A DNA stretch of 32,043 nt from Armatimonadota bacterium. Lineage in GTDB: Bacteria; Armatimonadota; UBA5829; DTJY01. The stretch spans positions 20,855 to 52,897 of the forward strand of contig JAPXND010000001.1 in assembly GCA_033808695.1 (NCBI GenBank). Reading direction: 5' to 3'. Shown here piece after piece: positions 1 to 8,599 of this stretch. The notes beneath the pieces are model-generated. The model was given only the letters and a program-made list of their open reading frames with translations, was not told the origin of the DNA and did no database searches. Numbering within the stretch: position 1 is the stretch's first letter; every line of letters begins with the position of its first letter. A program made the translations under genes and the position numbers.

Positions 1-2338
1 TGAATTCAACTATTGTTGCTCCAGACCCTCCCTGCTTAGCATCCGCTAAATGGTAGGAATCTACAGCATGATGAGTTGAAAGAAATTCCCATACTGCGTT
101 TTTAAGTGTTCCTGTGCCTTTTCCATGGATAATTCTTGCTGATGTTAATCCTGCAAGGAATGCATCATCGAGATATTTATCCAAAGTGATAAGAGCCGGT
201 TCTACACGCTGTGCAATTAGTTTTATTTCTGTTGGAATGTTTGTTGTTTTTATTGGCGGAATATATACTTTTTTCTCAACTGCTGCTTTATTCTCAGATT
301 TTTTTAAAGGTTTCAATGTTGAGAATGGAACGTTTATCTTAATAGATCCAACCATTACCTGAGCTTCATCATCGTTATGGTCATTCAGCAGAACTCCATC
401 AAGATTGTAAGTTGTGAGGCGAACGTTGTCTCCAGCTTTGGGTATATATTCGTTATCTTCATCTATTTCAGTAACAGGCATCATTTCATCTATTTCTTCT
501 TCTATTTCTGCTACCTGTTCTTTAAAAATCTGTTTTGCTTCATGAACTGTTTTTTGTTCTTCTTTGTGGCTTTTTATTTCATCTAGAACTATATCAAGCT
601 CTGCTACTTTGTCTCGAATCTTTTTATTGAATTCTTCAGCCATTTGGGTTTTGATTTCGCGCTTTATGGCTTCAACTTCATATAACCGTTCTTCATATCT
701 GTTTCGGAGTATTTCGGCATCTTTAGATGCTCTTGCTGCCAATATTTCCTTCTCAGCTGCAGAGCGATGGCTTGCCTCAATTTTCCGTATGATATCATCT
801 GATGAAGATTGATTGTTTACCATCGCACGGGCTGATTCCACTATTTCATCCGGAAGTCCAAGCCTTGATGCAATTGCAAATGCATTGCTGCTGCCCGGAA
901 TACCAATCATCAGTCTATAGGTAGGCTGCAGGGTTTGGATATCAAACTCAACACTTGCATTTTCAACTCCATCCCGCAGGTATGCAAACTCTTTAAGCTC
1001 ACCATAATGAGTTGTACCTATTGTCATGGCGCCTGTATTCAACAGGGCATCAATGATTGCTTTTGCAAGTGCGGCCCCTTCATCTGGATCTGTTCCGGCG
1101 CCAAGCTCATCAAGAAGAACTAATGAATTTTTGTCGGCATTTTTGATTATATGTATGATATTTTTCAGATGCGCTGAGAATGTGCTTAACGACTGCTGAA
1201 TACTTTGCTCATCACCTATATCTGCAAACACACTGTTATAAATTGGTATTTTAGTACCGCTGTCCGCTGACACATGCAATCCGCTGTGCGCCATCAGAGT
1301 AAGCAATCCAACTGTTTTAAGGGTAACGGTTTTGCCCCCGGTGTTTGGACCGGTTATGAGAAGAGTATTATACCCTCCGCCTAAACGCACGCTTATTGGA
1401 ACAACTTCACCTTTTAATAATGGATGCCTTGCGTTAAGAAGATCCAGCTTCTCGCTGCCCATAATCGGCTCTTCTGCATTGATATCGCAGCTTAGTTTTG
1501 CTTTGGCGCTAATGAAATCCAATCTGCCGAGAGCTGCTGCTGTAATCTGCATATCCTGGGCGCTTGCTTTTACCAAATTAGTAAGTCTGCGGAGGATTTT
1601 TTCTATTTCTTGTTTTTCGCCGGATACAAGCTCTTTCAGCTCATTTCCCATATCAACTACTGATGCAGGTTCTATAAACACAGTTGCCCCGCTTGCACTG
1701 CTGTCATGAACTATACCGTGAAACTGGGGACGGAATTCTGCTTTTACCGGGATGCAGTATCTGTCTCCACGCTGAGTGATAACAGAATCCTGAATCATAG
1801 TGCGATAGTCAGCGGAGTTGACTATGCTGTGAAGTTTATCCATTATTCTTATATGAAGAGTTTTGAGCCTGCTGCGTATTCTTGCCAGCTCGGGGCTTGC
1901 GGAGTCTTTTATTTCACCATTGAGCCCTACTGTTTGAGCTATTCCCTCTTCTATTTTTTGAAATACAGTGATGTTGGCAGCAATCTCTGTAAGCTTTGGG
2001 AGTTGTTCGGTTCGCTTAAAGACGAATCCTTTTAGAACGCGTGCTGCAATGACTGTATCTAATATTTCTTGTAATTCAGAAGGCTGAAGAAGTGATTCCA
2101 GCGTTGCTTTGCTGATATATTCACGTATATCATGGATTCCGCCAAGAGGAAAAGAGCCTTCTTCAGTAATGATTATTTTGGCTTCAGTGGTTTCCTTCTG
2201 CCATTCATTTATTGAAAGCGGATCGGAAACCGGCAACAGACGCTGAGCCTCATCATCACCCAGAGCGCAGGCTGTGCGTTCTCTAAGCATAGAGACTATT
2301 TCATAGAATTCTAGAACACTAATAGAATGAGCATCCAT
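1..2338 (-). CDS. mutS2: Endonuclease MutS2 (MutS-family ATPase with C-terminal Smr domain); the C-terminal few residues lie beyond the window start
   Basis: The reverse-strand frame is open from an ATG at 2338 to position 1. The translation begins MDAHSISVLEFYEIV, contains the Walker A motif GPNTGGKT and LLDELGAGTDP, and ends in the Smr segment IIHGKGTGTLKNAVWEFL...GGSGATIVEF. The ~779 aa length fits MutS2. Confidence 0.9.
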   Translation of the reverse strand, partial: MDAHSISVLEFYEIVSMLRERTACALGDDEAQRLLPVSDPLSINEWQKETTEAKIIITEEGSFPLGGIHDIREYISKATLESLLQPSELQEILDTVIAARVLKGFVFKRTEQLPKLTEIAANITVFQKIEEGIAQTVGLNGEIKDSASPELARIRSRLKTLHIRIMDKLHSIVNSADYRTMIQDSVITQRGDRYCIPVKAEFRPQFHGIVHDSSASGATVFIEPASVVDMGNELKELVSGEKQEIEKILRRLTNLVKASAQDMQITAAALGRLDFISAKAKLSCDINAEEPIMGSEKLDLLNARHPLLKGEVVPISVRLGGGYNTLLITGPNTGGKTVTLKTVGLLTLMAHSGLHVSADSGTKIPIYNSVFADIGDEQSIQQSLSTFSAHLKNIIHIIKNADKNSLVLLDELGAGTDPDEGAALAKAIIDALLNTGAMTIGTTHYGELKEFAYLRDGVENASVEFDIQTLQPTYRLMIGIPGSSNAFAIASRLGLPDEIVESARAMVNNQSSSDDIIRKIEASHRSAAEKEILAARASKDAEILRNRYEERLYEVEAIKREIKTQMAEEFNKKIRDKVAELDIVLDEIKSHKEEQKTVHEAKQIFKEQVAEIEEEIDEMMPVTEIDEDNEYIPKAGDNVRLTTYNLDGVLLNDHNDDEAQVMVGSIKINVPFSTLKPLKKSENKAAVEKKVYIPPIKTTNIPTEIKLIAQRVEPALITLDKYLDDAFLAGLTSARIIHGKGTGTLKNAVWEFLSTHHAVDSYHLADAKQGGSGATIVEF

Positions 2339-2407
2339 AATGATTAAATTATATCAGAATTAGATGCTCACTAACAAGTTAATTGCTGATTGTTACATAT
2401 ATCAGAT

Positions 2408-3661
2408 TCATTCCTTACTTACATAGGATGGATCTGCTTTAGTTACCTTCAATCCACTCCAGAACTTATCAAATCTGCCAGGATAGTCTAAGTATATGGC
2501 AAGGGCAGCAAGCAGATATAAAGCGCTGAAGAAAACATGCATTTCTTCTGGCTGCACTCCAATGAATTCTTGGTTTGGAAGGTATGTAACAAGCACTGGT
2601 GATAGAAGCTGACCAATAAACAGCAGGAATAACAACATCGCCTGCCCTATAGTAAGTTTGAGATTAACAAGTATAAATACAGCTAAAAGCGATTGAGCTG
2701 CGGTGAGAAGTATTTCATTCATTTGAACATGATCTAAGGGTATTGGTGGATAAAATGATCCACTTGATATAGCGAAAACACCGGGTATCATTCCAACAAG
2801 GAGGGTCCATTGATTGAGTTTGGCAGAGAGCAAACTTCCCAATGCAAGTCCTGCTCTGCCGCTTAGTGCAAACATAACTGCAACTACAAATTCCGGCATT
2901 TCTGATGCCAAGGGAGCAAGCCACTGTACCAGGAAAAATTCGTTTATATTAAACATTTTACCGGTACCGATAAGTCCTTCACAGAAAGGTTCAGCACTAG
3001 CTAATATGGCTCCGGCAGAAAAGAAAAACATTAGTGTGGTTGCAGCTCTGCGCTGTTTAATGGGCAATTGAATAATAGCATGTGCCGGACCTTCTACATC
3101 TGCTTCTTCGCAATCTCTTTTTGCGGCTAGCTTTATATACCACACATAAATTCCAAGCAGAACTACTCCATCATACCATTGAAGCGAGCCTTTGAATACA
3201 ATAAAGAATGCATATACAGTTGCAAAGGCAAGGAATATAATTTCAGTTCGTCTTTCTTCTTCAAGTTTAACACTTTTTCTTGTTTTGATGTATGCAATAA
3301 CTGCAATTAAAACCCATGCAACGCCAATTATCAGTCTGTTTGCGCCGGTCATATTTGCAATGGCATAATGAGCATATCCTTGTTCGGGATACTTTCCTGC
3401 CTGCCAAGTGAAATACATATCTACTGCATATTCAGGCAATACAGCAATAAATGCAACAATGGCTAATGCAAGAGCCTGAGGCAGATCGGCTTGGGCAGCA
3501 TCACATGCCCAAAGCAATATGAACGATGCCGCCATTACAGCTATTCCCGCAACTAATGCAACTATTAGCGGCGATAAATGGTGATGAAGTCCAGCTAAAC
3601 GAATATAGATACTTGGCAATGCCAACAATGCCGTAAAAAAAATAGGAAAAAACTTTCTCAT
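2408..3661 (-). CDS. Polytopic membrane protein, CaCA (Na+/Ca2+ exchanger, YrbG-like) family candidate
   Basis: The 417-aa ORF has about 10 or more hydrophobic segments. Two segments resemble the alpha-repeats of cation/Ca2+ exchangers (AFIAVLPEYAV and SAGAILASAEPFCEGL), but the assignment is family-level only. Confidence 0.45.
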   Translation of the reverse strand: MRKFFPIFFTALLALPSIYIRLAGLHHHLSPLIVALVAGIAVMAASFILLWACDAAQADLPQALALAIVAFIAVLPEYAVDMYFTWQAGKYPEQGYAHYAIANMTGANRLIIGVAWVLIAVIAYIKTRKSVKLEEERRTEIIFLAFATVYAFFIVFKGSLQWYDGVVLLGIYVWYIKLAAKRDCEEADVEGPAHAIIQLPIKQRRAATTLMFFFSAGAILASAEPFCEGLIGTGKMFNINEFFLVQWLAPLASEMPEFVVAVMFALSGRAGLALGSLLSAKLNQWTLLVGMIPGVFAISSGSFYPPIPLDHVQMNEILLTAAQSLLAVFILVNLKLTIGQAMLLFLLFIGQLLSPVLVTYLPNQEFIGVQPEEMHVFFSALYLLAALAIYLDYPGRFDKFWSGLKVTKADPSYVSKE

Positions 3662-3727
3662 AACTCCTCTATATGATTAATTTCAGATGTTGATTATGGA
3701 TTCTATCAGATATCTGATATAGGTGTT

Positions 3728-4999
3728 TTATAAAATGTCGCTGAGCATATCCAGAGTTTCAGCAACAGCTTCTTCAAACGCTTTGATAACAACATCAATC
3801 TCTTCTTTGGTTATAATCAAAGGCGGTTCAAACCTTATAACTTTGGGATTGTTTAGTGTATATGCAGCAATTATATGTCTGCGTGCAAGCCCGGCTATTA
3901 CAAGTTCTCCGATATCGGAATCTGTAAATTCCACGCCTATCATCAATCCTATACCGCGCACCTCAGCAAGAGCTTTGGGATATTTCCCCATAATGCTGCG
4001 GAATCTGCTGATAAAGTATTCACCTAATTCTGCTGCTTTTTGCGGGAGGTTTTCTCTTATGGTTACATTTATTGCCGCAATAGCAGCGCTGCATGCAAGC
4101 TGATTTCCACCGAACGTGGATGTGTGCATGGTAGGATTGTCTCTGAACAGTGCATCCCAAACTTCCGGAGTTCCAACAAAAGCTCCGATGGGCATTACTC
4201 CTCCACCAAGAGCCTTAGCAATAGTCATAATGTCCGGTTCAACATTCCACTTCTCACATGCGAACATTTTGCCTGTTCTGCCCATACCGGTCTGCACTTC
4301 ATCTACTATCAGCAGCACATTATGCTTGGTACAAATCTCTCTGACCTTTGGCAAATAATCATCGGATGGAACTTTTATTCCTCCCTCACCCTGTATAGGT
4401 TCTACAATTACTGCAGCCGTATCATCATTTATGGCTGCTTCAATGGCTTGTACATCATTAAACGGAACATGGATAAATCCGGGAATGAGCGGTTGAAACG
4501 CCTCTTTGTAGAGATCTCGACCGGTGGCGCTTAAGGAACCCATGCTTTTGCCGTGAAATCCTCCAACTGTGGAGATGAATTGTGATTTTTGAGTATAGAT
4601 TCGAGCTGCTTTTAGTGCACCTTCTACTGCTTCGGCGCCGCTGTTGCAGACAAAACTGTATTTCAATCTGCCCGGTGTGATGTTTGCAATCATTTCACAA
4701 AGGTCAGCAAGCTGCTTGTTGAAGAAAATTTTGGATGACAATGGCATATTGTCTAGCTGCTTATGGACAGCAGCAACAACCTCCGGATGTTTATGTCCAA
4801 GGCTGAATACCCCATATCCGCCAAGGCAGTCTATATATTTGTTGCCGGAGCTATCAATAACATTGGTTCCGGATGATTCCATCTCAACTTCACCAAACCC
4901 GGCAAACTTCATTAGATTAGCCAGACTGGGATTAACATATTCAGTATATTTGTCTATAGTTTCATTAATTATTTGTTCTGTATCATCATAATCAGCCAT
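3728..4999 (-). CDS. Class-III pyridoxal-phosphate aminotransferase, putrescine aminotransferase (YgjG/PatA)-like
   Basis: The protein aligns closely along its length to E. coli YgjG as recalled, sharing KYIDCLGGYGVFSLGHKHP, KYSFVCNSGAEAVEGALK, VIVEPIQGEGG, DEVQTGMGRTGKMFACE and TIAKALGGGVMPIGA (PLP-lysine region). The start is probably the ATG at 4999 (MADYDD), preceded by GAGGTG; the ORF track extends it to 5011. Confidence 0.8.
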   Translation of the reverse strand: MADYDDTEQIINETIDKYTEYVNPSLANLMKFAGFGEVEMESSGTNVIDSSGNKYIDCLGGYGVFSLGHKHPEVVAAVHKQLDNMPLSSKIFFNKQLADLCEMIANITPGRLKYSFVCNSGAEAVEGALKAARIYTQKSQFISTVGGFHGKSMGSLSATGRDLYKEAFQPLIPGFIHVPFNDVQAIEAAINDDTAAVIVEPIQGEGGIKVPSDDYLPKVREICTKHNVLLIVDEVQTGMGRTGKMFACEKWNVEPDIMTIAKALGGGVMPIGAFVGTPEVWDALFRDNPTMHTSTFGGNQLACSAAIAAINVTIRENLPQKAAELGEYFISRFRSIMGKYPKALAEVRGIGLMIGVEFTDSDIGELVIAGLARRHIIAAYTLNNPKVIRFEPPLIITKEEIDVVIKAFEEAVAETLDMLSDIL

Positions 5000-5081
5000 G
5001 CAGCACCTCATCTGGTATTTTTAGTATATAATAAGTATTATACAATTCAATCTGAATCATTCGCAAATTTTGTTTAGCCTA

Positions 5082-5110
5082 TTGACGATTTTAAATAAAA
5101 TCAGTATCCT
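5082..5110 (+). promoter_or_regulatory. Candidate sigma70-type promoter for the GH94 gene (TTGACG - 17 nt - TATCCT)
   Basis: The hexamers are read directly from the sequence, about 30 nt upstream of the GAGGG Shine-Dalgarno and the ATG at 5140. Confidence 0.3.
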
Positions 5111-5139
5111 TTTTATGAACATACATGAGGGTAAATATA

Positions 5140-7536
5140 ATGAGTTTAGATAAGTATGGACATTTTTCAGAAGATGGCAAAGAATTTATTATAATAAGAC
5201 CGGATACTCCAGCGCCGTGGGTTAATTACATATCTAATACACGATATACCGGGCTTGTTACAAATACCGGGGGCGGATACAGTTATTATATATGCCCCAA
5301 AGATTCACGAATAACACGGCTTAGGTATAATGGTCTTCCATGGGATAGACCAGGAAGATATGTTTATCTGCGTGATGCTTATGATGGTGAATATTGGTCG
5401 CTAAGCTGGCAGCCTGTAGCAAAACCGCCTGATTTTTATGAGTGCCGGCATGGAATGGGATATACATCTATTGAACAGGAATACAAACAAATAAGAAGCA
5501 AAATCTTGTATTTCGTTCCTGTTGATGATGACCTTGAGATTTGGCATATATCGCTGAAGAATACATCAAATATTGAGCGGAGACTAAGCATATACAGCTA
5601 TGTGGAGCTGTGTTTAGGACATGCTCTTGTAGATTTGATTAATCAGCCGAATGATCAGCATTTCAATGTGGTAACCTTTGATAAGGACAACGAAGCTCTA
5701 TACGCAACTAAGAATTATTGGGTTAATTATACCGGCGCCACAGTAAAGCAGCCAAACCAAGCATGGAATAAGTATGTGTTTTTTGCTTCTTCACTTGGCA
5801 CAACAGGGTTTGACGGAAAGAAGGATTCATTTATAGGAAATTGGAGATCTGAAAGTAATCCGATATCTGTGGAGAATGATTATTGCAGCAATACCGAAAT
5901 TACTGCCGGCGATGCATGTGCCGCTCTTCGCAACGAGATAATGCTGAAGCCTAAAGAGCAGATAGAATTCTGTATATTAATGGGACTTTCTGACCGCGAC
6001 CGGTACATGGAACAATCTGCTGAGCTGATAAAAAAGTATCGGCAGCTGCCAAATGTAAATACTGCATTCCATGATCTTAAATCATACTGGAACTCTTATC
6101 TATCCAGTGTAGAAGTAGAAACACCTGATTCGAATATGAATCTTATTCTTAATATCTGGGGAAAACGCCAAGCATGGGTTACATTTCACATGCATAGAAC
6201 CGCAGGATATTACCATGGCGGATTGCTGTTTGGAACGGGAATACGTGACCAATCTCAGGATTTGATGGGACCGCTCCTCAGTGAGCCGGATGCAGTGGCA
6301 GAGAGGATATGTGAGGTGCTGGCACATCAGTTTGCAGATGGAAGCACTTTGCATAACTTCTTCCGGCTGACTGGACATGGTGAGAAAACAGGTCATTCTG
6401 ACACACCATTGTGGCTTCCACTGGCTGTGATATCATATATTAAAGAGACAGGTGATTTCGATTTTCTTAACAGGATTGTGAAATTTCATGATGAAGGTGA
6501 AGCATCAGTTCTAGATCATATACTGCGGGCGATAGATTATCCGCTTAGTAATTTGACAGACAACCATCTGCCCAAATTTGGACCCGGAGACTGGAATGAC
6601 ACTCTGGATTATGTAGGACGCAATGGCATTGGCGAGAGTGTTTGGGTAGCTGAGTTTCTCTGCTACATACTGCGTGAGACATCGGAACTGTTGAAGAAGA
6701 TTGGGAATATAGAGAGAGCAGAGCTGTATACAGCTGAATATCACAAAATAGCCGATGCACTTAACAACAGCTGCTGGGATGGTAAATGGTATATAAGAGG
6801 AACGCGTGATGATGGCGGGATAATCGGATCGGACAGCAATGAAGAAGGGAAAATCTTCATGAATGCTGAATCCTGGGCAGTAATCAGCGGGATTGCTCCT
6901 AATGAACGCGCTCATATGGCAATGAATTCCGCTTATGAGATGCTGAACACTGAAAGAGGCCCTAAGATACTAACTCCTGCCTATACAAAAGTAGATGGCG
7001 GAATAGGACTTGCAACCAGATGTGTGCCAGGGAAAAAAGAGAATGGTGCAATATTCAATCATGTAGCAGCGTGGGCGATATTAGGTGAGTGTCTGCTTGG
7101 AAATGGAAACATTGCTTACGAGTATTTTTGCAAAACCATGCCAATGAATCAGGCGCACGATCCGGATGTATACAAGATGGAGCCGTATGTTTACTCTGAG
7201 TATGTAACAAGCAATGATCATCCTGCATTTGGAGAAGCAAGTCATTCTTGGCTGACAGGTTCCGGCGTATGGATGCTGAGAGATGGTATTGACTACATTT
7301 TAGGTGTTCGCCCCACATATGAGGGCTTGCTTGTTGATCCATCTATTCCATCAGATTGGGATGGGTATAAGATTACGAGGAAGTTTAGGGGAATTAAGTA
7401 TGAAATCACAGTAAAAAACCCAAATCATTTGGAGCATGGCAATTTGAGAATAATAGTTGATGGGAATATTCATGAAAGCAATATTCTTCCCATTTTTAAA
7501 GAGGGAATTCATACTGTAGATGTAACTATAATATAA
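5140..7536 (+). CDS. GH94-family glycoside phosphorylase (cellobiose/chitobiose phosphorylase-like)
   Basis: About 800 aa. The N-terminal sequence (GHFSEDGKEFIIIRPDTPAPWVNYISN) and the GPGDWNDTLDYVG catalytic-Asp region are typical of GH94 phosphorylases. The start is the ATG at 5140 behind GAGGG; the ORF track begins 15 nt earlier. Confidence 0.75.
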   Translation: MSLDKYGHFSEDGKEFIIIRPDTPAPWVNYISNTRYTGLVTNTGGGYSYYICPKDSRITRLRYNGLPWDRPGRYVYLRDAYDGEYWSLSWQPVAKPPDFYECRHGMGYTSIEQEYKQIRSKILYFVPVDDDLEIWHISLKNTSNIERRLSIYSYVELCLGHALVDLINQPNDQHFNVVTFDKDNEALYATKNYWVNYTGATVKQPNQAWNKYVFFASSLGTTGFDGKKDSFIGNWRSESNPISVENDYCSNTEITAGDACAALRNEIMLKPKEQIEFCILMGLSDRDRYMEQSAELIKKYRQLPNVNTAFHDLKSYWNSYLSSVEVETPDSNMNLILNIWGKRQAWVTFHMHRTAGYYHGGLLFGTGIRDQSQDLMGPLLSEPDAVAERICEVLAHQFADGSTLHNFFRLTGHGEKTGHSDTPLWLPLAVISYIKETGDFDFLNRIVKFHDEGEASVLDHILRAIDYPLSNLTDNHLPKFGPGDWNDTLDYVGRNGIGESVWVAEFLCYILRETSELLKKIGNIERAELYTAEYHKIADALNNSCWDGKWYIRGTRDDGGIIGSDSNEEGKIFMNAESWAVISGIAPNERAHMAMNSAYEMLNTERGPKILTPAYTKVDGGIGLATRCVPGKKENGAIFNHVAAWAILGECLLGNGNIAYEYFCKTMPMNQAHDPDVYKMEPYVYSEYVTSNDHPAFGEASHSWLTGSGVWMLRDGIDYILGVRPTYEGLLVDPSIPSDWDGYKITRKFRGIKYEITVKNPNHLEHGNLRIIVDGNIHESNILPIFKEGIHTVDVTII

Positions 7537-7565
7537 TACAATAAGCTAGATAGGAGAATAAAAAA

Positions 7566-7763
7566 ATGGCAAGTTGTGGTAATTTGGCTGATAACCTTAA
7601 GCATTGTAACTGCAGTTCTACAGGATGCAGCAGAAGAGGAAAATGCTGCGAGTGCCTGCATTACCATCTATCCAATAATGAGCTGCCTGCATGCGCATTT
7701 CCAGATGATGTAGAAAAGACCTGGGACAGATCATTTAAAAAATTTATAGAAATTCATAAATAA
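7566..7763 (+). CDS. Small Cys-rich protein of 65 aa with 8 Cys (CGNxxxxxxHCNCxxxGCxxxGKCCEC...PAC), a putative metal-binding protein
   Basis: The ORF sits 29 nt after the GH94 stop, with AGGAGA upstream. The ordered Cys pattern looks like a conserved small metal-binding module. No functional assignment is possible from sequence alone. Confidence 0.5.
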   Translation: MASCGNLADNLKHCNCSSTGCSRRGKCCECLHYHLSNNELPACAFPDDVEKTWDRSFKKFIEIHK

Positions 7764-7837
7764 ATATGCAACTTTTTGATAACTTTTGAATCATAATATA
7801 TGAAGCAGGATGATATTCTATTGAGTTGGAGATAAAA

Positions 7838-8581
7838 ATGTTAGCAAATGATCTATTTCAATGGTGGAATTTGATATTTTTGCTGCCTTTATTCTTTTCA
7901 ATATTATGGATGTTATCTATTATAATGAGCGGTTTGCACATTGGGCAAGATATTGATCATGACATTGGTCATGATATCGGACATGATGTGCATGCATCAG
8001 GTGGAGCTTCCGGGCATACAGGAGATTCGGGAGATGCACATTCGGGCTCTGATGGGCACGACCATGGAGACCATGTGGATGGAACTGTCAACAATCACTC
8101 ATTAATGGAAAACATAGCATGGATATTGGGAATAAATGAAGTGCCTATAACAATGCTGCTTGGGGTTTTTTCACTAAGCTGGGGAGTGATAGGACTTCTT
8201 TGCAATCAAATCTTCTCATCGAAGCAATATCATGCAAGTAATCCGATGCAATATCCTGCAGTGTATGTTTGGACATCAATAATCATTGCCTTTGCAGTAA
8301 GTTTTGCTATAACAAGAACTATGGCAGCCTTAATAGCAAAATATATGCCTACCTATGAAACATATGCCGTTTCACGATATGAACTATCAGGAAGCATGGG
8401 AAATGTTATTCATACAGTGAGCAAAAACACAGGCACTGTGGATGTAAAAGATAAATTTGGCAACATACACAGAGTTCAAGCTAAAACTGATGATGAAAAT
8501 AGTCAAATACCTCCTTTATCTGCAGTGATGGTTATTGATTATGATGAATCAGACAATCGTTTTTTGGTACGGAAAATATAA
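7838..8581 (+). CDS. NfeD/YqiJ-like membrane protein (the usual partner of SPFH/flotillin), with a His/Asp-rich loop
   Basis: The protein has N-terminal transmembrane helices and a C-terminal soluble beta-rich segment, and lies immediately upstream of a flotillin gene, which is the classic yqiJ-yqiK arrangement. It carries an unusual insert, DIDHDIGHDIGHDVH...GHTGDSGDAHSGSDGHDHGDH. The start is probably the ATG at 7838 (GGAG plus 6 nt); the track uses a TTG at 7826. Confidence 0.6.
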   Translation: MLANDLFQWWNLIFLLPLFFSILWMLSIIMSGLHIGQDIDHDIGHDIGHDVHASGGASGHTGDSGDAHSGSDGHDHGDHVDGTVNNHSLMENIAWILGINEVPITMLLGVFSLSWGVIGLLCNQIFSSKQYHASNPMQYPAVYVWTSIIIAFAVSFAITRTMAALIAKYMPTYETYAVSRYELSGSMGNVIHTVSKNTGTVDVKDKFGNIHRVQAKTDDENSQIPPLSAVMVIDYDESDNRFLVRKI

Positions 8582-8599
8582 CATCAAAAGGAGTTATCA

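Noticed and set aside
114-2035. Six plus-strand ORFs of 62-125 aa in the first 2 kb
   Set aside because: They are low-complexity shadow ORFs antisense to the continuous mutS2 reading frame, which carries a recognisable Walker A and Smr domain. They have no Shine-Dalgarno and no recognisable domains.
5125-5136. The 12-mer ATGAGGGTAAAT is identical at 5125 and at 10534, each a few nt before a start codon
   Set aside because: A 12-mer recurrence is expected by chance in 32 kb of AT-rich DNA. Both copies simply embed a strong GAGGG Shine-Dalgarno, so this is not a mobile or repeat element.
7946-8090. Tandem 12-nt DNA repeat (GAYATYGGNCATGAT x3) considered as a VNTR or CRISPR-like repeat
   Set aside because: It is in-frame coding sequence for the DIGH-DIGH-DIGH His/Asp-rich loop of the NfeD-like protein. 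There are no spacers and no array structure.
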